Shown here: piece after piece, positions 26,099 to 39,404 of the stretch | Layout: each line of letters starts with the position of its first letter | Position numbering within the stretch: the first letter of the stretch is position 1 | From: Callorhinchus milii | Taxonomy: Eukaryota | Direction of reading: 5' to 3' | Assembly (NCBI RefSeq): GCF_018977255.1 | Contig: NW_024704743.1 | Location: 19,904,001 to 19,968,000, forward strand | Length of the DNA stretch: 64,000 bases | Notes under the pieces: generated by a model | Told to the model about the DNA's origin: nothing | Seen by the model: the letters and a program-made list of their open reading frames with translations, nothing else | Databases searched by the model: none | Made by a program: the position numbers and the translations under genes

Positions 26099-29000
26099 AT
26101 GTATAGAAACAATCTAGGGTACAGGGAAGAGCAAGGAAGTAGGATTAAATAGTCAGCTATTCCAGGGATGGACCTTTATCTTCTACGTTGTTGAATCTTT
26201 AAGTTTACTTTACAATACCCACCATGTGGAATTGGAATTCTCCCCCATCCCCAACTCTGCCCAATCTAACTCAAACAATAAGCTTGTGTGTGCACTTGTT
26301 TTAAAATTGTACTGTACGACAAGAGAAAATGAAACCAGCAAACAACAAAGTGGCATTCTAATGAATACACTTTTGATCAGTCACCATTCAAATCTCACTT
26401 ATGCGCAACTCAGCACCAAAAGAAGTACTGCCACTTTTCATTTATCATAAAATGTGAGGAAATTATCATTCTAATATATTTTTTGACTTGAGGTGGTTTC
26501 CTTTTGTTTACAGCTTAACATTTCATTATAGCCTAACGCTAAAGAAACAGACCTACAAAAAATCCTGGAACAGGCCATTATAATGCATCAAGTTCAATAT
26601 TATTTACCGATATTATTATTTTTCTGTCAAATGGTATTTCTCATTGTTACCACAAGAACCAATATTCCAAATATCAACAGTTTATTGAAAATTCTTGTTT
26701 TTTTTCTGTGTTGTTCAAAAGACATGGTTTATCAAAATACCTGTTTCCGTTGGCCTTTTTTTGCTTTTCCGGGTGTATGTTTGGTAAATAAAAAGAGAAC
26801 TTGAAATGGAAATCGCTTTACGATGATTTTTTTTATCCTGGTACTAATAATGAAAAGTAATATTGTATCCTTATGAGATCTTTATATGGTTACGTTACAT
26901 TGCTTCCCAGCTTCTTTTGTTTACTTGGCTAAAACCATTTAAGTACCATCATGTGTCTACAGGCCTTTTCTATTGCTGAATCAATGTATGTTGCTCGAAC
27001 AAATCAGGGTGACAGTTTTACTGGTTCGGAAAAGAAGAGCAAATACAGACAGTTCCTCTGGCATGCTTGCTTGGTAGATTAATTAACATAACTCCAGGAA
27101 CAAGTTGAAAACGTATATGTAATAAAGCGGTTTTCATGTGGACTCAGACTAAAAAAGAAATACCTTTCATAATGGCCTCAGGAGAGTAACAGCTGCAAAT
27201 CTGTAGGGACTTATCTCCTTCTGTGACAACTTGGGGTTTTGATCATCATTCATTAATCAATCAATATATGACATTTTAACGTCTCATCAGATAACCAACT
27301 GTTATGGCTGTTACTTATGGAATGAATAGATGTCATAATATCCTCAGGTTCTTGATTCCTGATCCTTCTGTTGCCTGCAGTAAAGACAACAGCATTTGAA
27401 AGTTCATCTTTTTAAGCAAAACTCATTGATTTATAAAGACTGACAGTTCCTAAAAGGACAAATGATAAAAAAGAAAGTCAATGTTGTTCAGTTATTTAAA
27501 TTAATCATTCAAGTTCATTGTGCGAGTCATATTTAATGTATAATTAAAATTATAATCAGATTCCGTCACTGTTAAGTGCTCCGGGACGCTACCCCACATG
27601 TAGTGCGCTATATAAATACATTGATTGGTGAGTTGTTGTACCAATAAGTTCTTCTGTACATCTTACCTTGAGAAATAAAAATTTTAGTGCTGTACAATTA
27701 GCATATAATTTGTGACAGATCACACCTCTCAAATGTGAGGTAATAATTATTTCTATTGACATTAACAAATATTTAGTGTTCCCTTTTACTGATAGAATTA
27801 TCAGGTGAGGATACAGCATACTGTTGGGATACAGCAGAGGGAGCTTTACTCTTTAACTATCCATATTGTATCTTACCTTTAAATGCAGGAAAACTAGTAG
27901 TTGACAGATGTGTGAAGTATTCACATTTCAAATCTCTGTCATGGCTCACTGATTAGAATATAAGAATTTAACAAACCACAGTATAGAATCTCAACACAGC
28001 ATATACTGTACAGATATACATAACGTACCCATTATCCCATTTTGAAAGAATTTAGAAGACGTGAAGTAAATAAACTGCATTTTTATAGCTCCTTATTGCA
28101 TTGAAACATCTTGAAGTGCTTCACAAGTTATTACTGTCAAATTATGCTTTTGCAAGCAAACTTTTTTTAGAAATCACATTTATTAAATTTTAGGGTATAA
28201 AAATGACAGAAACACACACAATATAGAAACATGTTCAAATCCTAGCAATTTGATTCAGAGGAAGTGATTTATGAGCTTTGACAAAAGTTTGGTAAGATAT
28301 TTAAGATACTTCCATGACGAGTGAGGGATTTTAAAGATAAAAGTTCATCTTGAAAATCTGCTGATTTTAAACAAAAATCAGATCAATAGAGCAACAACAA
28401 ATGCATCACATTGAGAGAAAAGTTTAAATCTGACCATTAGCTTAAGAACTGGTTACATCCTCTTACCATACAATGCACTAACCTTACACTCCCACCAGAC
28501 CAGCTGGTTTCACTTGACTTTCCGTTAACTTATTATTCATTGAGTTAACCTCCCTGTTGAAGATTAATTAACAAATACTAATATAATCCATACTCCATAC
28601 ATTTTATGAGATGTAATGATATACAGATGCAAGTTTATTTAAATGGTTGATACCCCTGCTGTGTCCGCATACCATTTCAAGTAGAAGTTAAATGACTTGT
28701 GGGACATGTTTCTCAAACTGTGGCCTTCAGGGTTATATTTCAGTGACTGTGGCCTTTCTGCAATAAAGCAGAAGACAAAAAATATGATTTGTTAGAGACA
28801 CAGGAAATGGTATATATTTGGATTTATGTAATACTAATTGGTTCATGATTTAAAAAGAATTTTGATGAAATATTTCAAAGAAATTAAACTGAACATGAAA
28901 GCAGACCTACCTTGTAAGGTATTCTTCAATATCCGTTACTCTTCATAGATGCACTGAAAATTGTGAACTGGTGTGAAACTCAAGACATTCATTTCAAATG

Positions 29001-30348
29001 ATTAATTGTGTTGTCAATGGGAATCAACATCTTTTGAGCCTTTGAGTGGTATAATACAATACTTGATAATGACAAACATCTGAAAAAATCCAATGTGCTC
29101 ATCCAACATTTCAATGTTAATTTTGTTAATAATTCACGGTTAAGTGATCCACTGCGTCTACACAATTTTTAAAGACCACAAAAAATATTTAATCTTTATA
29201 TTGTTGCAAATAATTTAATGCAAATTAAGCATTCTACAAAGACAAAATATCTCGGGAGTGAAACTGCAAGAACTTATGCATTCATCTATTCATGCGGTCG
29301 TCAACAAATAGTGCACAGATAGAGGATTAGATTGTGTGCTGGTATCTTTGATCAACATGAAATATACAAACTTGAATTATTTCAGGTAGCAGGTAATGAA
29401 AGCCTAAAACATCTCCCTCGGTGTACACAGACCTTCAGAGATCAAAAAATGAGAAAGCAATCAAATACAATTTTAGAAGGAAAATCAGGATGACCATCAT
29501 TTTAAATATTTTTGCAGCAAAGTCATGACTGTTGCATTCAGAACTGACACCAGTTTGTTCCAGTGTGTGAATGTGTGCGTGAAGATGTATGTGAATGTAT
29601 ACGTCAAAAATGTTAACAATCAGAACATCACACAGCATCACATGCACTTCCAGACTCGATTTAAACTAAAACTGGTGATTTCCGCTCACTTATGTAAACA
29701 TACTGACATGGTACTTCTTTCAGGCTGACACTTCAGCATGTTACGAGCTAATCAAAGTAGAATCCCGTTATAATGCATTTCATCATAGCCCAGGTTCGCT
29801 TGAAGGCAACAGTGTGGATCCCACATTTACTTACTAACAAATAGGCACGGAAAGCCTCAAAATCGCTTGCTTCAAAATCCCAACAAGATTCCCAATACAT
29901 GTTAAAAATGACCACATATGCAATGAGCAGCAAGTGCTATCAACGGCAACATGATCCTTCAAAATCAGCCATTATTAAGTGACATTTTGAAGCGAGCCGA
30001 CTTTCCACATACAAAACATATAGGGAAGCATTGATCAGCCTTCGTGCCCTGTTACAGCAAATGTTGAACCCAGACTACAGTATTATAATGCAGCTCCAAT
30101 GCATCTGAAATTATCAAATAATACCACCGTCCATGTTCAGACATGGTCATTGCACCACACATTTACCCCTCTTCCCTCTCACTCACTCCCACCAGGCAAT
30201 CAATGTTTTCAGAACAGTCTACTTTAACCCTTCCACACAAGAATGCAACATATTTTTACTAAACCATTCAGTCCACACAGAAATATTTTTAAACCATCAT
30301 AGAGAACATATCCTTCACTGAAGGCGCCGCACGCAGAGTATTACATAC

Positions 30349-30456
30349 ATTACTGATTTGTTCTTGTGTCCTTTTTAATCTTTGCATTTCAGGAGTATCG
30401 GTAACAATGCTGAACCCCAGTTTACGGCTCTTCTCAAAGTTTTCTTTGTATTTGAC
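30349..30456 (-). CDS. NEBL: LIM-nebulette (LASP2) internal coding exon, second nebulin repeat (equivalent to exon 4), 108 nt, phase 0-0
   Basis: ttttcttttcttccag|GTC AAA TAC ... ATC AGT AAT|gtatgt gives [36 protein letters not shown], in frame with the 54.6 kb exon. Residues VKYK, SIVTDTP and RLKRTQEQ fit NEBL rather than LASP1 (VRYK, SVVADTP, RIKKTQDQ), from recall of the human proteins. Confidence 0.9.
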
Positions 30457-32251
30457 CTGGAAGAAAAGAAAAAAATTGCATTTTATCAGATTAAAAGCAG
30501 CGTCCAAATAAATAACTTCATCTTTTTAACACATGTCTCTCTGGTTTAACACGTTGGGCCTACTGAGAGATATTTATGTATTAACACAGCATCTTTCTTG
30601 GAGATGCTGACGTGCATTTACATTCACTTTCCCAACCTTCTTTTATAGGATATATAGGGTCAATGACTGTGGTGTGATCTTGTCAATTGGCAGCTCCAGG
30701 GTATTTCTACCAAAAATGATGCTCCCACCTCCCAATACGGAAGGTGACAGCAAGAAAGTAAGTGGAAGCTTTTAAGAGGTAGAAAAGTTAGAACAAAGGG
30801 GGTTTGAAACAAGTATAAAGCTTTTTTAAAAAGCAGGACATACTAAATAAAACAAAAGAGGTGTAGCTGGAGAGCATCAGTAAAGTTTCAAATGTTTTTA
30901 CTTTAAATTGTTAAAAGTTTCTGATTAATATTAAAACCAGGAAGCCTCTGCAAAAGCACTTTGGGATTGATATGATAAGGCACTATATGAAATCTGAATA
31001 TTAAACACAAGGATTATTATTTATATTATTGGTCAGGACACCAGGGGAAAATTCCTTACTCTTTTGAAACATTGTCAAAGGATCTTTAACTGCCTGAGCA
31101 GACAGGTGGGACCTCGATTCAACAACTCATCGCAGGAATTTTCTTTTCAAAGAGCAGGCACAGAAAAAATGTGTCGAATGGCCTCCTTCTGTCCTGTATA
31201 ATTCTATGATGGGACCTCCATCGATACAGTGACTACCCTAGAATTGCACTAGAGCATCAGCCTAGACTTACATTACTTCTGATCTGCAGTGCTCATTGAT
31301 GCCAGCTAAAGTTCCACATTGTTTATTGTACATCAGTTTATTACATCAGTGGAACTGAGGTAACTGTGAGTATTAAAGCAAAAGTATTTAAAAGATCCAT
31401 TATTTTTGGTAATGCATTTGGTCAGCCTCTCTCATTCATACAGCGCTGGCATAAAACCCTATATGTACTGCATTGCCAGAGCTACGTCCTTCAGATGAGC
31501 CATTAAATTGAGGACATGTCTGACTGCTCCAGATAGCACAATTTCATAAGAGAAGGTAGTTTCTATCGGTGTCCAGACCAACAATCCCCAAAATAAAATT
31601 GGGCATTAATTTCATGGCTGTTTGTGAAGAACGTTGGGTGTAAATTGGCTGCAATGCTCGCCGTCAAAATAAAATCATTACAGTTTACAGTAAGACGTGG
31701 GAAGCACTTTGAGATGTCCTCCCGATGTGAAAGGCGCTGTATCAAATTTAAGTTCTTTTTACATTATAAACACATCACAACAACGAAAAGAGGAATTATC
31801 CTTCCCTTCTTCAACCAGGTCGGCTGAATATTTTTCCTTGAAGGTACCATCCCTTTAAATTGCTAGCACCACACAAAGATGTGTTTTCAATTTCAAAATG
31901 GTCTGGAATGATTACAGACACTGTTGGGTACTGTAGGAAAAAAAATCAGCTATCCCAAGCTCTTATAACCACTTAACAAAACCATTTGCTCCTCGTTAAT
32001 ACAGTATTTGAAATAACCATATGCTGCTAAAAAAAATGGTATTTTAAGCAGCATTTGAGATGTGCTGAACGCATTGTACCGTTCAGAAGCTAATAGACCA
32101 ATTGTCCACAATCATGACAATCATCACATTAGTTTTCTTCTTTGGCAGACTAAGAGCAGTGTTGGTGTATTGCAGCCTGGCTTGCTCATACGGAAAAGTA
32201 CAAAATATCTCCATGCTCCTGAAGTAAAATGTACAGCACTTCAATGACGTT

Positions 32252-32570
32252 GTGGAGTCCTGTAGCTCAGTGGTTAGAGCACTCGCTTTGCAAGCGAGAG
32301 ACCCGAGTTCAATTCCAGGCAGGGTGAAACCTTGGGCAAGTTTCCTTACTCCACACGCCTAATAATAATCCCTCCAAAACAAAATAAAAAAAATTGGTCA
32401 TTTTCAATCTACGACTGTTTGTGGGACATTGTTGTGTGCAATTGGCTGCCGCGTTCGCCCACAAATATACAGTCAATTCACTTTGCAGTGTGTTCTGTGA
32501 AGCGCTTTGGGACATCCTCCCGACGTGAAAAGCACTATATCAAATGCAAGGATTATTATTATTATTATTA
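32252..32570 (+). mobile_element. Young tRNA-derived SINE, short form, full length
   Basis: Cloverleaf-like head (anticodon loop TTTGCAA, anticodon TGC), CCTTGGGCAAGT motif, L2-like tail, (ATT)n. Confidence 0.92.
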
Positions 32571-33049
32571 GCATGTGAAAAAAAACGATCGGTGTGATGT
32601 GACCCTTCGCCTGGTTTTATTAGAGATTTCCAGCATTCACATTTATTTGCTCTGGCTCTAACCACACATCAACTGATTTGGTAGCTCATCAACTTAGATG
32701 GAGGCTTTAAAGAACGGTTTATGGGTTTGTAAAGTTCTCACAATATGGCACTGATTTGCAGCGGACTTTTAAACATCAGAAAGGCCAAATTAGAGCTTCT
32801 TAGGGAACAGGCTCGGTATTTCTCAGATAGACACCTGCTGAGTTAAAAAATGGCTAGACAGAACAATTTGATTGCCAGCAATCACTAACTGCAGGACAAG
32901 CACCTCATTTATCACAGAAGCACTTCTGAAAGTGGCCATGTACACTCACAGCTTTACCCTCCTGCAAGCCTGCATTTTTTTAAATGTTTAAAAATACAGC
33001 CTGTTGTGGAACACACAGTCTGGTTTGGATACTCTTAAGGATGCAGATG

Positions 33050-33545
33050 GGATTCTGCATATGTCAAAAGCTTAATATATCCTTCTCAAGGTTAAGTGCT
33101 CAAAACTGAACACAGTATTACAAATGAGGTCTAACCAACAATAAATAGCTGGAGCTGCATGTCCTTACTTTTATATTCCTTTAATAAAGGCCTTATTTAT
33201 TGCTTTCTGAACCTGCAAACTAGATTTTAGTGATCTAGACTTGAACCCCTAGATCTTCATCCTCATCCACCCTCCTAGTGCTTCCCCATTTAGAACATGC
33301 TCCCAAACACTATTCTTCTGTCCAAAGTACTGCCTCACACTTTGCAATGTTAAACTCCATCTGCCACAGTTTTGCCCATTCACTTAATCCATCTACATCT
33401 CTGCATTTTAGCACTTCCTCTTCACAATTCACAACACCGCCGAGCAAATTGTCATCAGCAAATTTAAAAACAGTTCTCTCCATTCTGGTATTCTGGTCAT
33501 TGACAGACAGGATGAAAAGCTAAGGCCACAACAGTAATCCCTGGG
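33050..33545 (-). mobile_element. Old CR1 fragment
   Basis: aaactgaacacagtattacaaatgaggtctaacca is the reverse complement of an LVRPHLxYCVQF-type motif; ttgtcatcagcaaattt is the reverse complement of KFADD. Confidence 0.75.
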
Positions 33546-35044
33546 GAGAGGCATGACTTGTTACTGCCATGTTTCGCCCACAAAATATACAGTCAATTCA
33601 CTTTACAGTATATTCTGTGAAAAGTTTTGAGACGATTCAAAGCCATGATAAGTCACTATATCTGCACAACATCCTAAACTCAGCCGTGTGAGTTGGATCC
33701 ACTGGAGATCTTGGGCTGCAATTCAGGGCAATTTAAAGTTCAAGCCACCACATGAACTCAGAAACTTTATTCCTCAATCATTCTCTTACAAGTTGTCAGT
33801 CCCTAACCACTGCTACCTCCTACAAATTGTCCTCTCTTGAGCAAAAACATGTTTCAAGGTTAAATGAAAGAAAATTACATATACAAACTACCACATGTGT
33901 GTAGCAACAACAAAATTACATTTATAGAGCACCTTTCACGTCGGGAGGACATCCCAAGGCGCTGGACAGTCAGGGATCAGGAAATTTTAATATGCAATAT
34001 TTTTCATAAATTTTTGTTTCGAGTAATTTGTCCAGTTGTTGTTTAGCGGCCAAGATAAATAGAAGAAAAACAGCTGCACTGGCAGTCAAATAGAGGGGAA
34101 TTATTTTCCCCTACCTGCTGGCTTATATAAAAATACACTGGGTATAAACAAACCAGAAGCAACATGAACATTTGGGAAGAAAAATTCCTGCTTGTTCAGC
34201 AGTTTTGATCAGGTTTACTCCTGATGCGATGTTTCAAAGTCACCATATTTGGCAGCAAGAGAAACTGATCACTTGTTTTATGTGAGTTGAACTAAATCCA
34301 GTGTCTGTTTCAAAATGAATTGAAAAACAAGTGTTTCACCAGGGAACTGAAGAATTCTTGGACCCCTATCTTTATATTACAAGAATCACATAGGTACAGA
34401 CTTATAAGCCAACAGTGACTTAGATTTATTGCTTCTTGAACCAAATGACTGGCAATCACGTTTGATTCAATGCTCAGATTGGCTCTTTTCTGGTCTTTCT
34501 TTTATCAGGCTGAATCAACAGTAAACAAATTCAATGAGTTTCTCTACTTGTTTAGAGATTTTCAATTTCAGTGCATTTTAGTTCAAAATACTATAATGTA
34601 AGCCTCTCATGACTTGAAAACACATTTTACAGACATTTGTTCAAACAGTTCATTTGTGAATTCAATTACTTTGTACCAATAGTTTACAGCAGTTCCCCAT
34701 TATTTATTTCTTCCCTTTACTGTCACAGATTCCTACCCAAATTCACTCTTGACATCTTTCTCTCTGAGGACATTTGACCTTGCAGTGACCATCAGATTCA
34801 CAATGAAAAGTAATGTTCACACTGCCCCCACACACATACATATATTCTTCTTGACCCTTTTAACATTTCTTAAAAAACTCTCTTTGAAACTCTTAGAACT
34901 TAAAACTTCCGGTATGTATGTCCTGGCCAACAATTTCTCAAATAAAATTGATCATTCACTTTATGACCAATTGTGGGACATAGCATGGGTTAAGGTGCCT
35001 GCCACGCTTGCCTACAAAATGCAAAGTCACTACACTTTAGTCCG

Positions 35045-35350
35045 AAATGTTGGGCAAGCTTCCTTACTCCACAGGCCTCTGTTTACCTAGCATTAAATAG
35101 GAACCCAGTTGTTAGTCGATTTGCGGATCACTTTTCCGGGGATAATAATCCCTCTAATAAAAAATAAAAAACAATAATAATTTGGTCACTCAATTCACAA
35201 TTGTTTGTGGGACATGCTGTGCGCAATTGGTTGCAACATTTTGCCCACAAATATACAGTCAATTCACTTTACAGTATATTTTGTGAAGCGTTTTGTGGCA
35301 TCTAGAAGACATGAAAAGTGCTATATCAAATGCAAGGATTATTATTATGA
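35045..35350 (+). mobile_element. 5'-truncated young SINE (long form) nested in an older SINE tail (~34945-35435)
   Basis: ttgggcaagcttccttactccacaggcctctgtttacctagc...(ATT)n; the older tail resumes at ~35351 (tttgcagtaagtcctgtgag...gagacatcctcccaatgtgaaagg). Confidence 0.8.
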
Positions 35351-37216
35351 TTTGCAGTAAGTCCTGTGAGTTGCTTTGAGACATCCTCCCAATGTGAAAG
35401 GTACTACATCAAATGCAAATAATTATATTATTATTGTTCAGATGGGAAAAAATTAACATTAAATAATTCTCCCAAATGTTACCCGGAAAACAGTATTAAG
35501 ATACAGAGCAACCAGGTATTAAAATCCAGTTTATATTTTAATTAGACTCTGCTGATAGTTAGTAGCTATAATATACCCCTTCACAAAAAGTACAGATGAA
35601 CAAACTGACCAAGTTAAACTCTTGTTTATCTGGAACTCTTTCAAACTCTCTGCTTCACTTGCTCTCTCCCTTCCTTCAAAGCTCTCTTTAAAACATATCT
35701 CTTTGCGCTTTTGATCAACATCCTTAAAATCTCCCTTTTCGCTCTCTATTATATCTGTTCAGCACAATGATTCATTCACCCTATGTGAAAAGGTGCTATA
35801 AACAAGTGCAAATTGTTGTTGCTGACAACTTACTTCATGCATTGATTAAGGCAGCAATGCAGTACTCTATGTTCCCAAACTCAATCTCAGTTTGTTACCA
35901 GTGTTATTTCTCACAGTTTCTCAAAGCTAAAATGACATGTGCAATAATCACTCCACTGTTTGTGTGAAAGAAAAGTAACCAGCAGGTTTTAGTGGGCTTC
36001 AGGAGCTGTGTGTGAAAAATTGCTGGACATAAGGGATTTAGTCAGGTCAGTAATCCAAGTATCATTTTTGACTGCTATACAACTAATGTGCAGTAAACTA
36101 TGTGGCCTCAACCAAGTGAGTCACTATCATCCCAGAATTAATGGATTCTTCAGCAGATGTTATTTGCAGGTGAAAGCAATTATGCCATTAAATTCACCAA
36201 GAAAGATGTTTGTCTCCAGAGTCAAACAATTGTGCTATTAGTTTCTACACATATGCTAAAATAATCATTCTTGGTAAAAAAAATACTTAAAAGCATATGG
36301 TAGAAATGTTTTTGTGACCTTCCTCCCAAGCTACTCAAATGTGCAAAGCGTACCACCAAATTAGCAGTTTCCACATAAAGTGTGCATGTCTCCTTTATAC
36401 TTTTTACATCAATGCAAAATATAATTTATCTCATCCTCAGCCAAAGGTAGCCTTAAAAAAGTTTAGTTTCCTCCTTTCGTGCCTCGCCAACCAGCGCCTA
36501 ATAATTTCCAAAATTAGGTAAAGAGAATGCTTCCCACTGGGGCATTTCATTCCAGACACAGGGACATTTCCAAGTGTAGATGGTATGTGGAGCTCTCAGT
36601 CTCGTTTGGATATTCTTAAGCTGGGCAATAGCCTTCTACATGTGTTAAACAAAAATTCAGCAATTCTCTCAGACGTGAATGCAATGCAACAAAAAGGCCC
36701 ATCTTGCCTCCAGCATTTCTCTCTCTGTTGCAACCTTTCTGGTCTTTACCAATTTATTGATATTGATTGGTTTGGCACTTGTCTCCTCTGAATTTTCCTC
36801 TCAAGCATTGAAAACCAGGCTCTACCACCTTTTCCTTCTCTCTGCGTCCTCGAATGTTTAAATAAGTATTCAGCACACAGTAACCTGCTTTTAATTCATT
36901 TATTTTCAAACAGTTAACAATGGCAAACTCTTTAAGTCCCTCAATTGTCCAAATTGACCATGACTTGATTTCACGGGATCACAACAGAGGTATAAACGAT
37001 CAAGGTCCGTTAACCTCATGCTTCCAGAACAGCTTTCCAAAGCTTCCCAAAACAGCAAACCTTTTCTTAAATGTGTTCAGTGTCATGGCTTAACACCCTA
37101 ACTGGTAGCCGAATCATACAATCTTACATGCACGGAAGGAATCCATTCAGCCCATCGTGCATGGGCCACTCTTGATAAAGCTATCCAGCTTTGAAAACAA
37201 GAGAGCAAACAAGAGT

Positions 37217-37239
37217 TTGAGAGAGAGAGAGAGAGAGAG
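37217..37239 (+). repeat. (GA)n microsatellite
   Basis: Run of about eleven GA units. Confidence 0.9.
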
Positions 37240-39404
37240 CATGTAACTGGAGGGCATCAATTTAAGATACACTGCAGTCAATAAGCAAGCAAATGGGGAG
37301 ATTAGGCATTGGAACTAGACATATACCTTAAAAAGACTCAGCTGCAGGGTGAGACCGAAAGGATCACTCTCGACGGAGTCAGCACAGATACGATGGGCCG
37401 AATCGCCTTCTTCTGTGCTGTAAATTTCTATGGTTCGATTTGATAAAGTGAGTCACAGAGATAATCAAAGAGGGGGGGAGGGGATCACTATTTTTGTGGA
37501 TGGAAGGGCTGGTATAGCGTAAGCACTACAATGACAGTAAAATTCCTGATGTAACAAGCCATTGGTTAGTATTGCAGGTGCACATATCATTTGCTTGATG
37601 ACCTGATATTTGCACTGTTTTATATGCTCAATTTGTGTGACATTGGGCTCTCTACTGTACTTGCCTTTGAGTCGTTCTGAATTATTACTTACAATCCAAT
37701 AAATTAATTAAACAAAGGGAATGATTGACTAAACACACCTAACCAACAAGGTGGGCAAAATAATTTGAAAATAGGTCCATGCTGTTTCCAAAAGGGGAAC
37801 ACATTTTGGGTCAATAATTACCACCATCTGTAGGAGGTGGAGTTAAACCCCTTGCAGATGATGCAAGTCCACAGGGCGTGTTGCAGACTGTTAGACCTTA
37901 ATGAACAAATAAAGGCATATCATCTAGGAGGTTACCTCAATGTCAGAGCTAAGCATATTTTATCACCGTTTCTAGACTTGGTACAGGATAGGCTCCATCT
38001 GACAGCATAAATGGTGAAACAATGCAAGTAATGGTCACAGAACAGAAATTAAACTTTTGAATATGTTAACATGATAGTCTAATGCCAACATGGCCGAAGA
38101 CTTTTAATAATAGGGAAGTATGTGACGCACAAATGTGGCTTTTCTTATAAATTTGAACTTTAGGATCTTGGAGACGTCCAACAGAAAGAGCAGATTTTAA
38201 AACAAAGGTCACAAATGCAGAATTATTAATTAGTTACTACTTAATGAACAAATAAATGGATATCATCTAGGATATCTGAATTATCACACCATACCATGGT
38301 CAGGTTTGAAGCAAACTGTATTCAGCCTGGGGCAAGGACCAGCTGAAAGGCAAGTAGAAGGAAAAGTCCAAACAAAAAAGAATATCTAACATAAAGCACT
38401 GGAATGCAGCAAATAGTTATTCTTCATCGCACTGTACCAGCCCTTTTCCTCTCTCCACCATCTTTCCTCGGTCTCTCCCACTCTGCCGGTGTCTCCCACT
38501 GCTCCTCCAGCAAGAACAACTATTGTGCGCACATGAAGTAATGCAGATGCATACAAGGTTACTGGGATCACTATGTAGCCAGGGCCATAGTACAGCCAAA
38601 TGGATCATGCAGATAATTGGCAAATAATCAGCATTCTACTGTCACTCCCATCAGAGGGAAACAGACAACACTGGAACTCAATTATGTGCTATAAAGGTGG
38701 AACCTCCCTCCCTCATTAAAATTATTACATAATTGAGAGCCTTAAATCAATTAATATCAACTGTAAACAGATCTTTGGCTCTGCATTCTGTGACACAATT
38801 TGAAAAGGACAAGGAGTTTCTCTTGGTGTGCTGTCCAACAATCCCCCTGATAAAATTGGTCATTCACTTCATGGCTGTTTGTGGGACATTGCTTGAGTGC
38901 TCTGAAACTATGCTGGGTAAAGGGTGCTATATCAATGAAAGATGCCGTTATTGTTGTGCATCAATTGGTTGTCACATCTGCCTACAAATGCACAGTTACT
39001 ATACGATACACTGAATCCTGTGAAGCACTTTGAGATGTATAGAAACTGTACCTGTAGACAAAAGAATTAAAATGTTCATAAATCACAGAAAACCTGAAGG
39101 AAATCGTAATTGAAAGCAGTAGCACCAAACAATGAGAAGAAATAAGAACTGTGAAATCAGCTTAGCTTGTTTAAAATTTTAAGCCTTTCATGGCATTAGT
39201 ACAGGGGGAGCCTGAAAAAAACTTGTAGTTATTTTATGTCAACAAACTTCTACAGTTGAAATTGCAACAAAACCCATTCCGAGAAAGTGGCTGCATTTCT
39301 CTGCAAGCGCAAAAGCAATGATCTGCTCAAAATTGCTACTGATTGATTAGGGGACTCATTGAATCATCAGCGACACAGGTTACAATTTTTAATGTAACGA
39401 AAGT

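Noticed and set aside
32254..32328. tRNA-Ala gene (and similar cloverleafs at 2451, 18280, 48460, 52100, 55815, 62709)
   Set aside because: Each is the head of a SINE, continuous with the SINE body; anticodons vary between copies and there is no oligo-T terminator after the cloverleaf.
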